Under the pieces are notes generated by a model. It was given only the letters and a program-made list of their open reading frames with translations. It had not been told where the DNA came from and did not search any database. From Lama glama (Eukaryota), in NCBI GenBank assembly GCA_028534125.1, contig CM052827.1:12214001-12278000 (forward strand): a stretch of 64,000 bases of DNA, in the 5' to 3' direction. This document shows positions 13,315 to 27,830 of this stretch, one piece after another (position 1 is the stretch's first letter; each line of letters starts with the position of its first letter). A program made the translations under genes and the position numbers.

Positions 13315-15819
13315 GCACCAGGACAGAGAATGTCGTGGGACAGATGATAGAAGAGAGAGGAAGAGAGACGCGTCGCACATGGAATTGGCCCAGTCCCACC
13401 ACCCATGCCGGGGGCATAGTAGTGCCTCCCTCCAGGGCCTGGATCCCACCACCTCCTCTTATGAATCCCTTGCACCTACCTTAGGGCCAACCTGGGCCTA
13501 AGACCCGACCCCTGTCAGCAGCGATTACGTGGGTACCAGATCCCTGCCAACCCCAGCTTGAATCTTTGCAGTCAGCAAAACATCCTCTGAGTAGAACAAG
13601 GGTTGAGTGTTTGGGGAGAGTTGTACCTGGTTTTGAAGAGCACCTCATACCCTTTGCTGAGCCTGGTGCCAAGCTGGGGATATGGCAGTGAACACAGCTG
13701 ACAAAAATCCTGTTCTCATGGTGCTCACATTCTGCTTGAGTAGAAGATGAACTAGTAAACTAATAAACAAGACAATTTCAGATTGTGATTAAGTGCTATA
13801 AAGATGAATGAAAATGTAATGGGCTGTGGGAGGGGGAGGACTGTCTTAAGGAGAGTGTTTGAGCGGAGACCGGGATGATGAGAAGGAACTGGCCTAGAAG
13901 TTCCAGGGAGAAGAACCCCTGCACATGCCCCAACATCTACGGTGTAAACTGGGGAAGGGCAGCATTGCTATGGAGAACACTAAAGCAGGGAAGGAAGTGA
14001 GTATGTCGAGGGGAAAGGGGGAGTTGGGATGCAATTTTTGATGGAGCAGAGAAGGTCTCATTGAAAAGACACCAATAAGCAAAAACCTGAGAGGAGAAAG
14101 GGAACCAGGTATCTGGGGGAAGAACATTCCAGCAGAAGGAAGAGCCGGTGTGAAGGCACTGGGGTGAGGAGGAGCAAGTGAGGTCAGCGTGGCTAGAGTG
14201 GAGTGAGAGGAGGTGAGATTGGAGAGATAATGGGAAAGTTCATATAGGGTCTTGTGCGCTGTGGTTGGGAACATTGGCTTTTACCTGGAGTTAGGTCCAG
14301 AAAGCAGATACCTCAAGGAGGACGCTGATGTAAAAGGTGTTCCTAGGTACCTATAGCTGCATATGGGGTGGGCGTGGTGAGGAGGGAGCAGGGAGAACAG
14401 GGGAGGCTGCTGCCATAGTCCAGGTGGTAGAGATGAAGGAAAGACCAGGATGAGGGCCTGGGGTTAGGGGTGAGGGATGAAATTCTGGAAATATTTTTGG
14501 TGGAGCTACTGGGCCTGCCCATTAGAAGGATGGAGGGTTGAAGGCAAAGTCAGCCGTTCTTGTTCAGGTTGGGAAGATTGTGGGCAGTGCAGGCTAGAGA
14601 CAGGTATGACAGCTAAGCCATGACGATGGAAACAAGAAAGCCTGGGCCCTGGGCTGGCTCCTGGAGGCCCTTCTGCGGAAAGGGTCCACTGGCAGATCTA
14701 TCCCCTAGACACCGCCAAAGCCATGTAGCATGGGGACTAAAAGCCCAGACTCAACAGGTAAGCCCCTTGGATTCAAGTCTTAACTCCATCACCTACTTGC
14801 TGTGTGCCCTTGGGCAAGTGGCTTAACTTCTCTGGGCCTGGTAAGTGCGGTGTGGTTACTATGCGATGATAATGACAATGAAAATGATCTCTACAGAATC
14901 ATCTGAGACATCCCTTGTATACGGCGAGCATGGGGAGGGGATCAGGTCTGATATGTGAGGGAGATAAAATACCCATCACCATCACACACCGAGACCTCTA
15001 CCCTAACTGGCCTGGTTCGGGGCCCGCGAGAAGGCGCTATCACAGCGGGATGGGCAAAACGAACTGTACCCATTTTCCCATCCCTCTCTTTGCGCTCTTG
15101 TCCCTGCTTCATCTTTCTCCTTCTGTCTCCATGTCTCACATCCTTCTTCGTGGCTATTTCTTCTTCCTCTCCCCATCCTAGGTGTCTATCCCCTTTGCAT
15201 CGCTGCCTCCAGCCCTTTCATCAATGCGAACAGCCTGGCGGTATCTCCGCCCCCGCGCCTGGTTGGGGGTGACACAGCGCATGCGCCGTCAGCGCCCCTC
15301 CCTCTCCACCCCCACCCCTCTTCGGCGTCTGGGCCTCGTCCCCTTCTCTCTGTCTCCTTCTCCCCCATCACTTCTCCCGGCACTGACACCCCATTACTCC
15401 AATTCCCCGGGTCTCAGCTTTGGTCTCCAGCCCCATCCACCCGAGGTAAGCTGGGTAGAGGGAGGCCTGCGGAGAAGGGGAGGGGCAAAGCATCCTGCAT
15501 CCTGAGATAAACAAACCCGGGGAGGGGGCGGCCTATACTGTGGGGCCTGACGCGGGAGAAGAATGGGAGACAGGACCGGGTAATGGAAGTGGTAGGCGCT
15601 GGACCCATATACCAGGGTCCTCTGATGGATGACTGGCGTCTCTGTGATGCCCCCAAATCCAGAGCTGGGGTCGTGGGAGCCACCCGGAGCCCTGGAAGCG
15701 TCTGGGGTCTCAGATTCCAGAGACCGTGGGGCACCCTCTCTAGCTAACCTCTGCCCCTAGGATTTGCCTGACGGCTGCCCCCAACTCTGCACCTGCCCCC
15801 CTGAGGGCCACCAAGGACC

Positions 15820-18800
15820 ATGACTAAGACAGATCCCGCCCCGATGGCCCCTCCGCTCAGGGCGGAGGAAGAAGAGGAGGAGGAGGATGAGCCTGTCCCG
15901 GAGCCCCCCAGCCCCACCCAGGAGCGCCGGCAGAAGCCTGTTGTGCACCCCTCGGCACCTGCCCCCCTCCCCAAGGACTATGGTAACCACCCTCCCCACC
16001 CTGCAATATGGCCTGGAGCCTTGGGTGGCCAGGGAGGTTTGGCTGAACTCTGCTGGTGGAGATGGTGGGAGGATTCTGGAGCATTTGATGATGGTCTGGA
16101 GGAGTCATGGCCCTTGGATCCCCACCCCCTTCATTAATTCATTGATTCACCCATTGGAGAATAGAATTGGGATAATCCTAATCTTTGATTCATGACACAT
16201 CATTCAGTCATTTAGTCATTCAACAAACATTTTTGAACGCCTGCTGTGTACCTCGGAGCTAGGGGCACAGCATGGAGCAAGACAGACCCAGTCTTTGCCT
16301 GAGAGAACTCACAGGTGGCCTCAATAATGACTGCACAAATAAGTATAACGATATAAGTATATAATTACAAGACGTGATGAGAATTGTGTTTGCCAAGAAC
16401 AGGATTCTACAAGAGCTTTTTAAGATATGGTTTCCCTGAGGAAATAACATTTAAGGGAGACCTAAGGATGAGTTGGGGGTTAACAAGGGAAAGGCTCAGG
16501 GGAAGGGGGTTACCCAGGGTAGATTACCACAGGAGTAAAGTCTCCAAGAATGTAGCGCTGAGAGGGTGGCCTCTTGGAGAAACTGAAAGTGTCTACTCAT
16601 TCACCAAGCAATATTTATCCATCATGACTACTCTGACAAGTCTTGTGCTGGGAGATGGAGACTTAATGGTGAGCAATCCAGGCATGATACCTGCTCTCAG
16701 GAGAGAAGGTGAGACTAAACAAGTAACAAATGAATCAGATAAGTTCAGATGAGTGAATGCTATGAAAGAAATTAAAAGGTGGAGATATAATAGAGAATGG
16801 CTAGGGGGCATCATCTTGACGCAGAGTGGTCAGGGTGGGTCTTTCTGATGAGGTGGCATTTGGGTTGAGACCCAGAGCACGAGGAGGAATCAGCCATAGA
16901 AGAGCTGGGGAAAGAGAGTTCCAGGCTGTAAGTGGCAAGTGCAAAAGCCCTGAGACAGCATTGAGCTTGAAACAGAGAAAAATCATGGTGCTACACTTAG
17001 GGAGTGAAGGGAGTTAAGGTCAGAGGTTGGCAGTGCCTAGGTCTGGAAGGACCTTAAAGGCTACTATGAGGACTTTAGATTTATCCTGAGTGTGATGAGG
17101 GAAGAGCAGTTGTAGGGGGTGGGTATTTGAAAGCAGACAGGTGGCAGGTCTGATTTATATTTTTAACAGCTCCCTCTGACTACTGAGCAGGAAAGGTGGA
17201 GCTCAGCCAGGATTGAATACAGGAAGGGCTTTTAGAAGATGCTGGCTGGGAATCCCCAGCAGCTGTAAGTTCAGAAACTAGATTCCAAGTTTTGAGAGTA
17301 GGCATCACCAGGATACGGCAGGAGGGATGACATCTGTGGACATGTCACCCACTAGAGGTGGGTCGGGGTCAGGGAGGCCACAAGTTGCCCTCAGTCTGAT
17401 AGAAAAATAAGAACTTTATCTGGGTGTCCGGGGTTGGGTATTCACCCCAGGAAACTGGAAAATCTTCTCTGGAAATGTGGCTGGGGACTGTGGGCCAGAG
17501 GGGAGTCTTAAAGAGTCTAGGGTGCCTGTCCCCTGCCCCCAGAATCCTGCCTGTAGAACAAGGAGGGTTTGGTTACAGAATGCGAAGGAATCTGAAAATA
17601 TGATCTAGGACAGAGAGAAGGCTAAGGTGGATTCCAAAAGAAACTTGTGTATTTATTTATGAAATTTGTACATTAATACCGTCAAGGCTGACTGAACATC
17701 TAGTACCTTCCAGGTGCTGTCCTGGGCCCTGCAAATGAGGGAGTGAACACGGCAGCATGGAATTAGCCAAGTGACATTTTTAAAGAAATAAAGAAGGGCA
17801 GAGGTGCTGATTTAGCCAAGACGGTCTGGGGAGGCCTCTCTGAAGCCTTCAGAAGATCTGAGAGTAGACTGGCCCAGGCAAGAAAAACAGCAAGCACAAA
17901 GCCCTGAGACAGGAATTTGTCGGGCGAGTTGGAAGGACAGAAGGAGGCCAGTGTGGCTCGAGGGGGATGAGTGAAGGGGGAGAGGGCAGAGAACAGAGGA
18001 GGCCAGTTTGTACAGGGCCTGCGGGCTGGCATGAGGACTTCGGTTTGTAATCTGAGTGTGATGGGAGCCAGTGTTCCCAGCCAAGGAGAGCTGTGCTGTG
18101 ACTGGGGTTTTAAAAGGCTTATTCCTGGAGAACCCTCCTCCGCAGCTCTTCCCTGGGCTCTGTATCATCTGGTCATTCATTTGCTCATCCATTCAACGTG
18201 CGCTGCGCTCCTGCCCTGTGCCAGGCCCTGTGTTGGGTGCTGACCTTACTACAGAGTCTTAAGAGGGGAGATGCAGTTCCTCGGGGCACCACCCTGGCTA
18301 GTCACAGCTTGGACCCTGCTCATGGATACGTTTTGAAAAATTGGGGGAGGTTTCTCTTAAAAACTGTGATCTCTGGCTTTTTAATTTTCTTTACTCTGGA
18401 GATCTGGCGAACCTGTGCCCATACTCTGACAGGGCAACAGGGGCCAGAGCAGCAGCAGCCGCTGTTGGGCATGCTGGGCACCCCCTCATTTCAAGGGGTG
18501 GAGTTTGCTGCTACATAGGAATTGCCTGATCTTCCAGTTTTTCCAGACATGCTGGGCACCCGCATTTTTAGGTGAAACCCTCCCAATTTTGAAACCCCGT
18601 GCTGGCCACACAGAAAATGCCTGTGGCCCACGTGCCACCAGTTTGAGACCCTGCATTAGAAGGTCTTAAAGGCAAAGACCTAGAACTCCCCTGCCTCAGG
18701 ATGGAAGGACGGGGTCACTTTGCCTGGGTGACCTCGGACCTCTCACTACCCCAGCCTTCACCTTCTTCGACCCCAACGACCCTGCCTGCCAGGAGATTCT

Positions 18801-21800
18801 GTTTGACCCGCAGACTACCATCCCTGAGCTGTTCGCCATTGTGCGCCAGTGGGTGCCCCAAGTCCAGCACAAAATCGATGTCATTGGCAATGAGGTAAGA
18901 ACGCTGGGGAAGCCAGGGAGGAGACAGTGGGGTCCTTCACGTGTTTGGGTAACCCTGCTTGGTCCCCTGGTACTCCCAGATTCTGCGCCGAGGCTGCCAC
19001 GTGAATGATCGTGATGGGCTGACTGACATGACACTGCTCCATTATGCTTGCAAGGCTGGGGCTCACGGAGTCGGTGAGGTTACCAATCCCCAAACCACAA
19101 ACCCAAAACCTAGGCTCCCACACCCGACACCTTCAGAACCCTGCCCGTGGACCCCCAATCTGAACCCGCAGCCTAAGATCCCAAAGCGTCTTCCCCATGC
19201 GCTGGGTCCACACTCTAGAGGAAGGGACCCAAGCTGACCCGGGCTGTCGCGCAGGGGACCCCGCGGCGGCTGTGCGCCTCTCTCAGCAGTTGCTCGCGCT
19301 GGGCGCGGACGTGACCCTGCGCAGCCGCTGGACCAACATGAACGCGCTTCACTACGCGGCCTATTTCGATGTGCCCGACCTCGTGCGCGTGCTGCTGAAG
19401 GGCGCGCGGCCCAGAGGTGAGGAGGAGGGGCTGTGCTGGGAGGGGGCAGGACCTAGACGAGGAAGGGGATCTGGAAGCAGAAGGAGGGTGCCTGGATGTG
19501 GGGAAAAGAGACGTGATGTGAAGCAGGCAGGGCAGGTGAGTGATGGGGCCTGGTGCGAGATACGGGTGGGAGGGGAGGCCACAGGCAGGAGGTTGGCCAG
19601 ATGGGGCTCAGTGGTCCATAACCCCATGGCCTGGCAGGAGCTGGTCAGGAGGGGAGTGGCCAAGGAGGGCAGGGCTCTGCGGTGGGGCGGGGCTCTGCAG
19701 CAGAGGCTGCGAGAGGCACTGAGGCCTGTGGTTTAAGAGGTGGATGAAGAGATGGACTTCCGGAGGCTGGAAGGTACCAGGAGGGCTGGGGTGCCAAGGG
19801 CGCTCACCCGGAACCCTCCTCTCACCCACTTCCCAGTGGTGAACTCCACGTGCAGTGACTTCAACCACGGCTCAGCCCTGCACATCGCTGCCTCCAACCT
19901 GTGCCTGGGCGCGGCCAAATGCTTGCTGGAGCACGGCGCCAACCCAGCGCTTCGGGTACTGCCACCCTGGCCCAGCCCTGTTGTTTTCCTTCTCCTTCTT
20001 CCCCAATCCCTTTCCCGGCCAGCAGGCCTCTGGTGGGGAGGGGGCAGGACCACTTCAGTTTCTTGAAGCTCTCAAAATATGGCAAAAATCATCTATACAT
20101 ACAACAAATGTAACAGCTGACATTTACTTAGTGTTCATGATATGTCAGGTGAACCCTGTTTTGAGCCCTATATTACAATGGAGAAACTGAGGCAGAAAAA
20201 GTGATTTGTCCAGGGTCACCCTGCAAGGAGTATCTTCTTTAAATCTGGGCTGGACCCATGGCTGTGTGTACACAGAGACCCTTGGCCCCCCATAAGCCCT
20301 CAGTATGATCTTTGACCCCGACCCATCCATTTCCAGGTCCTATCCCCAACGTCAGTTTCTCTGCAGCATCCCAGGCACAGATATTGCAGGGGGACATGGC
20401 CTGCGCCCCTGAGGTTCTGCCTCTCTCCATTCTGCATTGGCCTAGCTGGACCCCTGAGCCAGTACCATACAGTACCATTTTCAGTGTTTGTCCTTCACAT
20501 GGTCCCATTCCAGGCTTGGGGTCTTGGCCTTGAGGCCGTGACCTACAGCTCCGAAGTGGGACCTTCATTCCCTATTGGCTCCACCCCAGTCCCACCCTCA
20601 ATTACTTGACACCCCCAGCCTGAGGTCTTGAGTGGACTTCCCTGGGGACCGTGGTCTACACCTTAATGTCCCACCCCTTCTATTTCCATGGTGGTCCAGG
20701 GTATGACCTAGTCCCACCTCTGCTTCACCTAGACCTGGGGTCTCTTGCAGGGGGGAAGGGGCTCATTGGGGGTGTGGATTACATCACTGAGTTTTCGCCC
20801 TCTCTCTTCATGTTGCTGCCCAGAACCGAAAGGGACAGGTGCCAGCGGAGGTGGTCCCAGACCCCATGGACATGTCCCTGGACAAGGCAGAGGCAGCGCT
20901 GGTGGCCAAGGAGCTGCGGACACTATTGGAGGAGGCCGTGCCACTCTCCTGTGCCCTCCCCAAGGTCACACTACCCAACTATGACAACGTCCCAGGCAAT
21001 CTCATGCTCAGTGCACTGGGCCTGCGCCTGGGAGACCGCGTGCTACTGGATGGCCAGAAGGTCAGGGACTGGAGCAGGGATGGGAGGGCCGGGTTCAGCC
21101 CTCATCCCTCAGAGATGGGTCCTTGGGCAGAGTGCAGCCTCTCCCCTTTGTCTGCCCACCCTCCTGGTCATTCACACAGTATTGATTTCACCTCACAGTT
21201 GCTCTGTGAGTGCCTCCTTTGTGACCCACCCTAGGCTGAGCTCTCAGTCCATGTTGGAAGACAGATCCAACACGTGACAGTGACAGCCCAGAGCAGCTCC
21301 ATGGCTGCCACGAGGAAGCACAAGCAGAGTGATCAGTGCAGCTCTGCCCCATTTGGGTCCCCCGGGCCTTTTAGTCCCCATGCAGGGCCCACTTGTGCTC
21401 CCAGGGTGATCAACACTTTGATTAGGAAAAACGTACAAGTCAGAGTGATCCAGGGTGTGATGGGGAAGACACACTTGAAGATGCAGGTGAGTGAGCCAGG
21501 AGAAGAAAGGAAGAAGGGGGGTCTTAGGGAAAGGGAGCAGGTCTAAAGGCCAAGAGGACAGAGAGAATCTTCATTCATCCAGGAATTCCAAGTTTTATTC
21601 ATTTACCTGGTGTCCCTCAGGCTCCATGCTGGACCCAGCCCATCCTTGGGATAAAGGGCTGTATTGGCCCCAGCCCTGCTCTCAAAGAGTTCCCTTTCTA
21701 TTGAAGAAGAGACAGTCAATAAAGTAAACCCACAGTTGAGATAATTTCTGGTAGCAACAAGGGCCTTGAAAAGCATTAAATACTTGGATTTAGTAAATTG

Positions 21801-24800
21801 TCCCTGGCTGAGGGCAGAGGTTGTTTTTAGCTAGGGTGTTCTGAGACAGCTTCTCTGAAAAGCAAGGGTGGTATCTGATTGGAAGGAGCTCATCTTGCAA
21901 AAATACGGAGACACAGGAAATAGTAGGTACAAAGGCCTGGAGGAGGGAAGGGGTGGTGTAACAGGGGAGTTACCAAGGGAGGGTGAGGTGGAGAGGTTAG
22001 CAGGGGCTGGATGACACCAGACCTGCAGGCCACTGAAATGAATTTGAATTTTGTTTCTTTGTACAGCGAGAAACCCTAAAAGTCACATTTTATTTCCTAA
22101 TCAAGAGGTTTGCATGCATCAGCCCCATCTAGAAAGCTTCTATACGTGATCTGATCAAATCCATTTGTGACAATTTTGAAAGCAGGATGGGTTGACTTTC
22201 CCCATTTTACGACACAGAAGACTGTAAGAGTCTCAGAGAGGTGAAACCCTTTGTCTGAAGACATCACAATCTCTGCCCATAGAGGAGCAGCAGAGCACAA
22301 TGGTTATAAGCTCAGGCTCAGGGATTTGCTCAGGCAAATCTTAGCTTTGCCACATACTAGCTGTGGGGCTTGGGGCCAGTGATTTCACCTCTCTGGACAT
22401 CAGTTTCTTCATCTGTAAAATGGAGCTAACAGTAGCCACTTCAGCAGGTCATATGAGGTTTAAATGAATTAAAATGTGTAAAGCCCTTAGAACAGGGCTT
22501 GATGCACACTAAGTGCCCTTTGTGTGTCAGGCACTGCTCTGATCCCCACACCGCTTCTCCAAAGTAGGCATTATTATTATTTAGCCCATTTTACAGACAA
22601 AGAGCTGAGGCTTAGAGAGGTGAGGGAACCTCACACAATGATATTAGTCACACTCAGTGCAGCTAAGCAACTTTGTGTTTATCAAAGATGTTTCAACCAG
22701 ACAACCAGCCGATGAAGTGGACTGTTTTCCCCATTTTCCAGATGAAACTGAGGCCCGTGAGTTATCAAAGTCACAGGATAATAAGAATCAACACTTACCG
22801 ATCCCTTACTCAGTATCAGACCCTATTCTGAGGGCTTTAATTTCACTATAGCATTCATGTCCAATAGACCTTGTGATGATGGAAATGTTCTGTGTCTGTG
22901 TCATCCAGTGCAGTAGCCACAAGCCACCTGTGGCTATTAAGCACTTGAAATGTGGCTACTGTGATTGGGGAAATGATATTTTAATTTAATTTTAGTTAAT
23001 TTAATTTGCCATATGTGGCCAGTGGCTATTTGCTGCTTCCGACAGGGCAGCTTTGTAATGATCCTATAAGGTGAGTGTGAATTCTGTCCCCATTTTGCAG
23101 ATGAGGATGTTGAGGCACAGTATGGTTAAGTCATACGGCCAGTGAATGGTGATGTCCAAGCTGAGATTTGAGCCTGGGGCTTCCTCACCTGCCCCACCAG
23201 CTGCCTGTGTATCAGTGATCTGTGATGGCCTCCCAAGGCCCACCCAAACTATATCCTCCCTTGTTTCTGCAGACGGGCACACTTCGGTTCTGCGGGACCA
23301 CCGAGTTCGCCAGTGGTCAGTGGGTGGGCGTGGAGCTGGATGAACCTGAGGGCAAGAATGATGGCAGTGTTGGGGGTGTCCGGTACTTCATCTGCCCTCC
23401 CAAGCAGGGTGAGTCCCACAGGGGCTCAAAAGGGTGGTGATGGTTTCCACTCAGTAGTTCTGATGCTGCCAGCTGAGGGGGTTGGGGGGTGATGGCAGGG
23501 CAGAGGGCAGAGGCTTGGACAACTCCCAGCCCAGGCTATGTCCCCCCAGGTCTCTTTGCCTCTGTGTCCAAGATCTCCAAGGCAGTGGACGCACCTCCCT
23601 CATCTGTTACCTCCACACCTCGGACTCCCCGGATGGACTTCTCCCGCGTCACTGGCAAAGGCCGCAGGGAGCACAAAGGTCAGAGGGGGAGCCCTGGGGC
23701 TGAGGAGAGCCAGTCTTGAGCATCTTCTGTGGGTAGCCCAGCTTCCGTGACTCAGTTTCTTCTCAGGCCCAAAGTCCCATTTTAGAGGATGATCTCTGAG
23801 TCCCTGACTTCTATGACTTAGTGTCTCCTTTGACTCAGTACCGGCCCCACCTGGTTCTTGGAAGGACCTGTGGGTTCCCTGCCCACTGTGACACAGTTTC
23901 TCGTCAGACCCAAAGGTTTTCTCCCAGTTTCAGGGAAGAATCTATGGGGTTCCTGGCTTCAGTGACTTGATTTATTCTCAGACCCAATAGCCACTTCATT
24001 GTGAAAGGATAGTTTCTGGGTTCCTGACTTCTGAGACTCAGTTTTTCCTTTGGCTTAAGTAGCCTCAACTTTGAGAAGGAGTTTTGGAATTCTCCAGGTT
24101 CTTGACTCAGTTTTCCCTCCGGCCTAAAGCCCCCAGCCCCAGTTATCTGACAACTGGGGATGTTTCCTTTCAAGCTCACCCACCCCCCAATTTGTAGGAA
24201 GGCTCTGCTTTTCCTTTGATTGGAACCAGGCAAGAGCTTCTACCTTGTGGCTTTCTGGTGACACAGGGTCCCCGGGGCTGGCATTTAGAGGCCTCTCCCT
24301 CACCCCTTGTACCCTCCACCCCCAGGCAAGAAGAAGCCCCCGTCATCCCCATCTCTGGGCAGCCTGCAGCAGCGCGACGGAGCCAAGGCTGAGGTTGGAG
24401 ACCAGGTCCTCGTCGCAGGCCAGAAGCAAGGGATTGTGCGCTTCTATGGGAAGACAGACTTTGCCCCAGGTGAGGACAGATATCTGGGCTGGGGAGCAGG
24501 CAGGACCTCGAGGCATCCTGACACCCTCCTGCCACAGGTTACTGGTACGGCATCGAGCTAGACCAGCCCACCGGGAAGCACGATGGCTCTGTCTTTGGCG
24601 TCCGGTACTTTACCTGCCCCCCGAAGCATGGAGTCTTTGCTCCAGCATCTCGAATTCAGAGGTGAGTCCAAACTCTGATCCCAAAACAGGGCGCCACCCA
24701 GAGCCCTGATTTCTCCCTTAGGTGCCCTGGAGGGGTATTCCTCCTCGTGGACCAGGAGGACAGTTTGGATACCCACCCCCACGCCCTAGCTCTTTCCTTG

Positions 24801-25873
24801 TAGGCTCCCTGGCGCACAGCTCCTGGCCAGACCCTGCCTGACCTCTTGTGGCTCTGACTCCTCCCACCCCTCGTGTCTCCCTAGGATTGGTGGATCCACC
24901 GATCCCCCTGGCGACAATGTTGGAGCCAAAAAAGTACATCAAGTGACAAGTGAGTTGGGGGCTGGGTATGAGGAGGAGTGTGGGTTTGGGGATAGGAGGG
25001 AAGGTCGTGGGTTCTCAGGTCTATGCTGGAGTAGAATCTCCAGTGTTCATTTGGGACACAGGATCTGGGAAAATGATGAGACAGGATCCCCCAAAGGGTG
25101 GGTGCTATGGGGATGGGGATGTTAATGACAAGGCTCTGGGCAGGCACTGGAGACATGGGCAGGTCTTGGAGGACACAGGAAATATTATTGACGACAGGTC
25201 TAGATGGCTGTTGGGAATGCCAGCCCACCGGTAAGCATGATGGCTTTATCTTTGGTGTCTAGTGGGATGTGGATAAGTATTAATGACAAGGAGTCTGGGT
25301 GGGTATTGATAGACAGGTGGGTCTGCCATCCCCTCACCTGAGACCTTGCCCTTCCCTTCAGTGTCACAGCCCAAACGCACCTTCACAACAGTCCGGACTC
25401 CAAAGGACATTGCATCCGAGAACTCCATCTCCAGGTGCGTAGCAACCCTTGGCCCCCTCTCCTGCGGGATATTCAGGAAAAGGCAATCACCAGGCCATTG
25501 GACACAGGGGTCTGGAGCTCTGGGTGGGGCTGGAAGTAGAGGTTAGGAAAACTTATGGTGAGTTAGCTTACCCAGACACAGTCTTTACGGAGTGAGGCCC
25601 CACACTGAATTCTGGTGACTTCAGCTTTTTAGGGGCAGGTAGAGGAGGCAGAACATCCTCCGCCTCATGGGAGCCTGAGAAGGCATAGCCGGAGAGGCAG
25701 AGGCAGAATCCAGAAAGGCCAAATCCCAGACACGTGGGGAAGAGCTGGGGGGTGATGGGTCCAGATGCTCTCACCCGCTGCACCCTGCACCAGGATGTGA
25801 CACAGTTCTCTTCCCCAGGTTGCTCTTCTGCTGCTGGTTTCCCTGGATGCTGAGGGCGGAGATGCAGTCTTAG
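15820..25873 (+). CDS. CLIP3: CAP-Gly domain-containing linker protein 3 (CLIPR-59), 546 aa; coding exons 15820-15982, 18755-18894, 18980-19073, 19255-19416, 19837-19955, 20824-21060, 23273-23408, 23550-23678, 24326-24469, 24538-24661, 24885-24949, 25362-25434, 25819-25873
   Basis: Acidic N-terminus [21 protein letters not shown]; ankyrin repeats ([29 protein letters not shown]); two CAP-Gly motifs (GKNDG, GKHDG); C-terminal [17 protein letters not shown]. 1641 nt in frame. Probable non-coding exon 1 ends at a donor at 15445; exon 2 starts at 15761. Confidence 0.97.
22850..23050. mobile_element. MER3-like hAT DNA transposon remnant
   Basis: tgtccaatag...gatgatggaaatgttctg...gtagccac...gtggctattaagcacttgaaatgtggcta with an AT-rich core. 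Confidence 0.7.
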
Positions 25874-27356
25874 AGGCCCTGGACATCCCACAAAGAGACA
25901 CAGAGTCCCCTCTAGTGTCTCCTGACACAAGGAGCCCCCGAGTCACCCTGAGATAGAGATTCCCAGTAACACATCCAGAATAGAGACTCCCCCAGTAGCC
26001 AGCCCTCGATCACTGAGGCCCCATTATTAACAGATTTCCCCATGATAACTCCCCAAATACAGACCTTGTGTTACCCAGAAAGAGATTCCCTGAGTGTAGC
26101 ACCTTCAGGCTAGTCCCTATCCCCAACCTCTCAGAGCAGACCCCCTAGTAACAGATTTCCACATCATTCCAAATGACGGTGACTTTCTCTACATAATGCT
26201 CCACAACAGAACATTCCTGAGTCACTTGTCACTGGATCAGAACCCTTACCTATTAACAAAGACCCACCCCATCAAGTCCCCTTGAAAGAAACCCCTCCAG
26301 AACAACAGGGTAACAAACCCACATTTAATTTCAGTCCCCTCAAGATGCTGTGACCCCTGTGGTCACCCCAAACCCTTACACTACAATCAGAGACCCCCCT
26401 CCACTGACAAAAACCCCTGCTCTTACCCCTCAAGAAGAGACCCACATTAACCAGCCCACTGTCACCACCAATTTACAGACACCAAAACAGTCCTGGAAGT
26501 GCTAATTACAGGACCCCCAAGTCTTCCTGTCCTCTGTACCCTCAAGAAACCCCCAGTGCCTTGTATGAAGCCCACCCCATGTGGCCCACAGTACCTGTGC
26601 TGGCCAGGCTCCCAGAAAATTCTCTATTTTTAAAGCAATTATTTCCCCCTTTGGGGGACCCCAAAATTTGGAGGTCCCATTCTGGGACTCTAAGCATCCT
26701 AAACCCCAGATTACATGTCCCAAACTACCCTGTGCCCCCAAGTCCTACATCCCCTAGGAGACCCCAAAGCCCTAACTCCCAGGACCCCCAAATCATGGAC
26801 TCCCCAAATCCCCAGGGAATCCCAAATTTAAAAATCCAATCCCAAGCCCCCAGGAAACCCTAGTCATGGAGGTCCTTGTGCCTGGGATGGAGGAGACTGC
26901 AGTCAGGATATGTATCCCGGGCTCCCAGGGCACCTTAAGTCCCATTCATAGGCCCCAGGAGACCCCAAACAGGAATTCTTATCCCTGGAAAACAGAGGAC
27001 TTCAGTGCCCTGAGTCAGTAGATCTCAAGACACCCAAATTCCAAGAGCCCTAGCCCCAAGGGAACCCCAAATCCTCAAACCTCCATCTCTAATACATGAA
27101 GGGCACCAAGGCCTTGAGGGGATCCCAAATCCTGGAGCCCCCACTATAGTCTACTTTCTGGTCACAGGTCCAAGACATTAAATCTTAAGTTACTGGCCTC
27201 GAAGGACCTCACAGCTCCCTGGCCAGACTATGCTCGAGGGAGACCCTGAAGGCCCAGGAGGTCCACGGCAGACCTGGGGCCCTGAACACCAAGGACAGCT
27301 CACAACTGCCCCTTCACTGCATGTCCCCCAAACTCAGCATGACCCCGACTCCCTTC

Positions 27357-27362
27357 AATAAA
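27357..27362 (+). terminator. CLIP3 polyadenylation signal
   Basis: AATAAA ~1.5 kb after the stop, followed by GT-rich sequence, just before the ALKBH6 promoter. Confidence 0.8.
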
Positions 27363-27589
27363 GACGTTTCTATGGCTCTTTGCGTCGGGTCTGTGGCGAG
27401 TTACGGCCTTGCCTCTGTATCCTTGCTGGGGGAGGATGGCAGAGTAAGTTCATACCTCAAGCTCGCCTCCCTGCGGCTTGGGTATAAGATCGCCTAGTCT
27501 GTGGGAAGTCCATCTAACAGTCGCGTTTTTCCTGAGGCCGCCACAGCTGCCCCTCGGCGCTGGGCTCTCTCCGCAGTGTGGACAGGTTC

Positions 27590-27830
27590 TGTTCTAGCGC
27601 TCTGATTGGCCGCTGCCAGAAGAATACGCGTTTCTGAAAGATCCCCAATGGCTCAGAGGCCAGGAGGTACAGCCTATCACCGAACGAAACTGAAGGGGCG
27701 GGGCAATATTGTGTAAGAGCGCCGATTGGGTGGAAGGCGGAGCCTTAGCGCCTTTGAGAACTCCCATTGGTCCGAGGACTCTGCGTCAGGCATGTGGGGC
27801 GGAAGTGGCTGGGAAGGGAATGGGGGTGTT
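27590..27830 (+). promoter_or_regulatory. ALKBH6 promoter
   Basis: CpG-rich. ATTGG boxes at ~27605, 27725 and 27766, CCAAT at ~27644, GC box GGGGCGGGG at ~27694, ETS-like CGGAAGTG at ~27800. Confidence 0.7.
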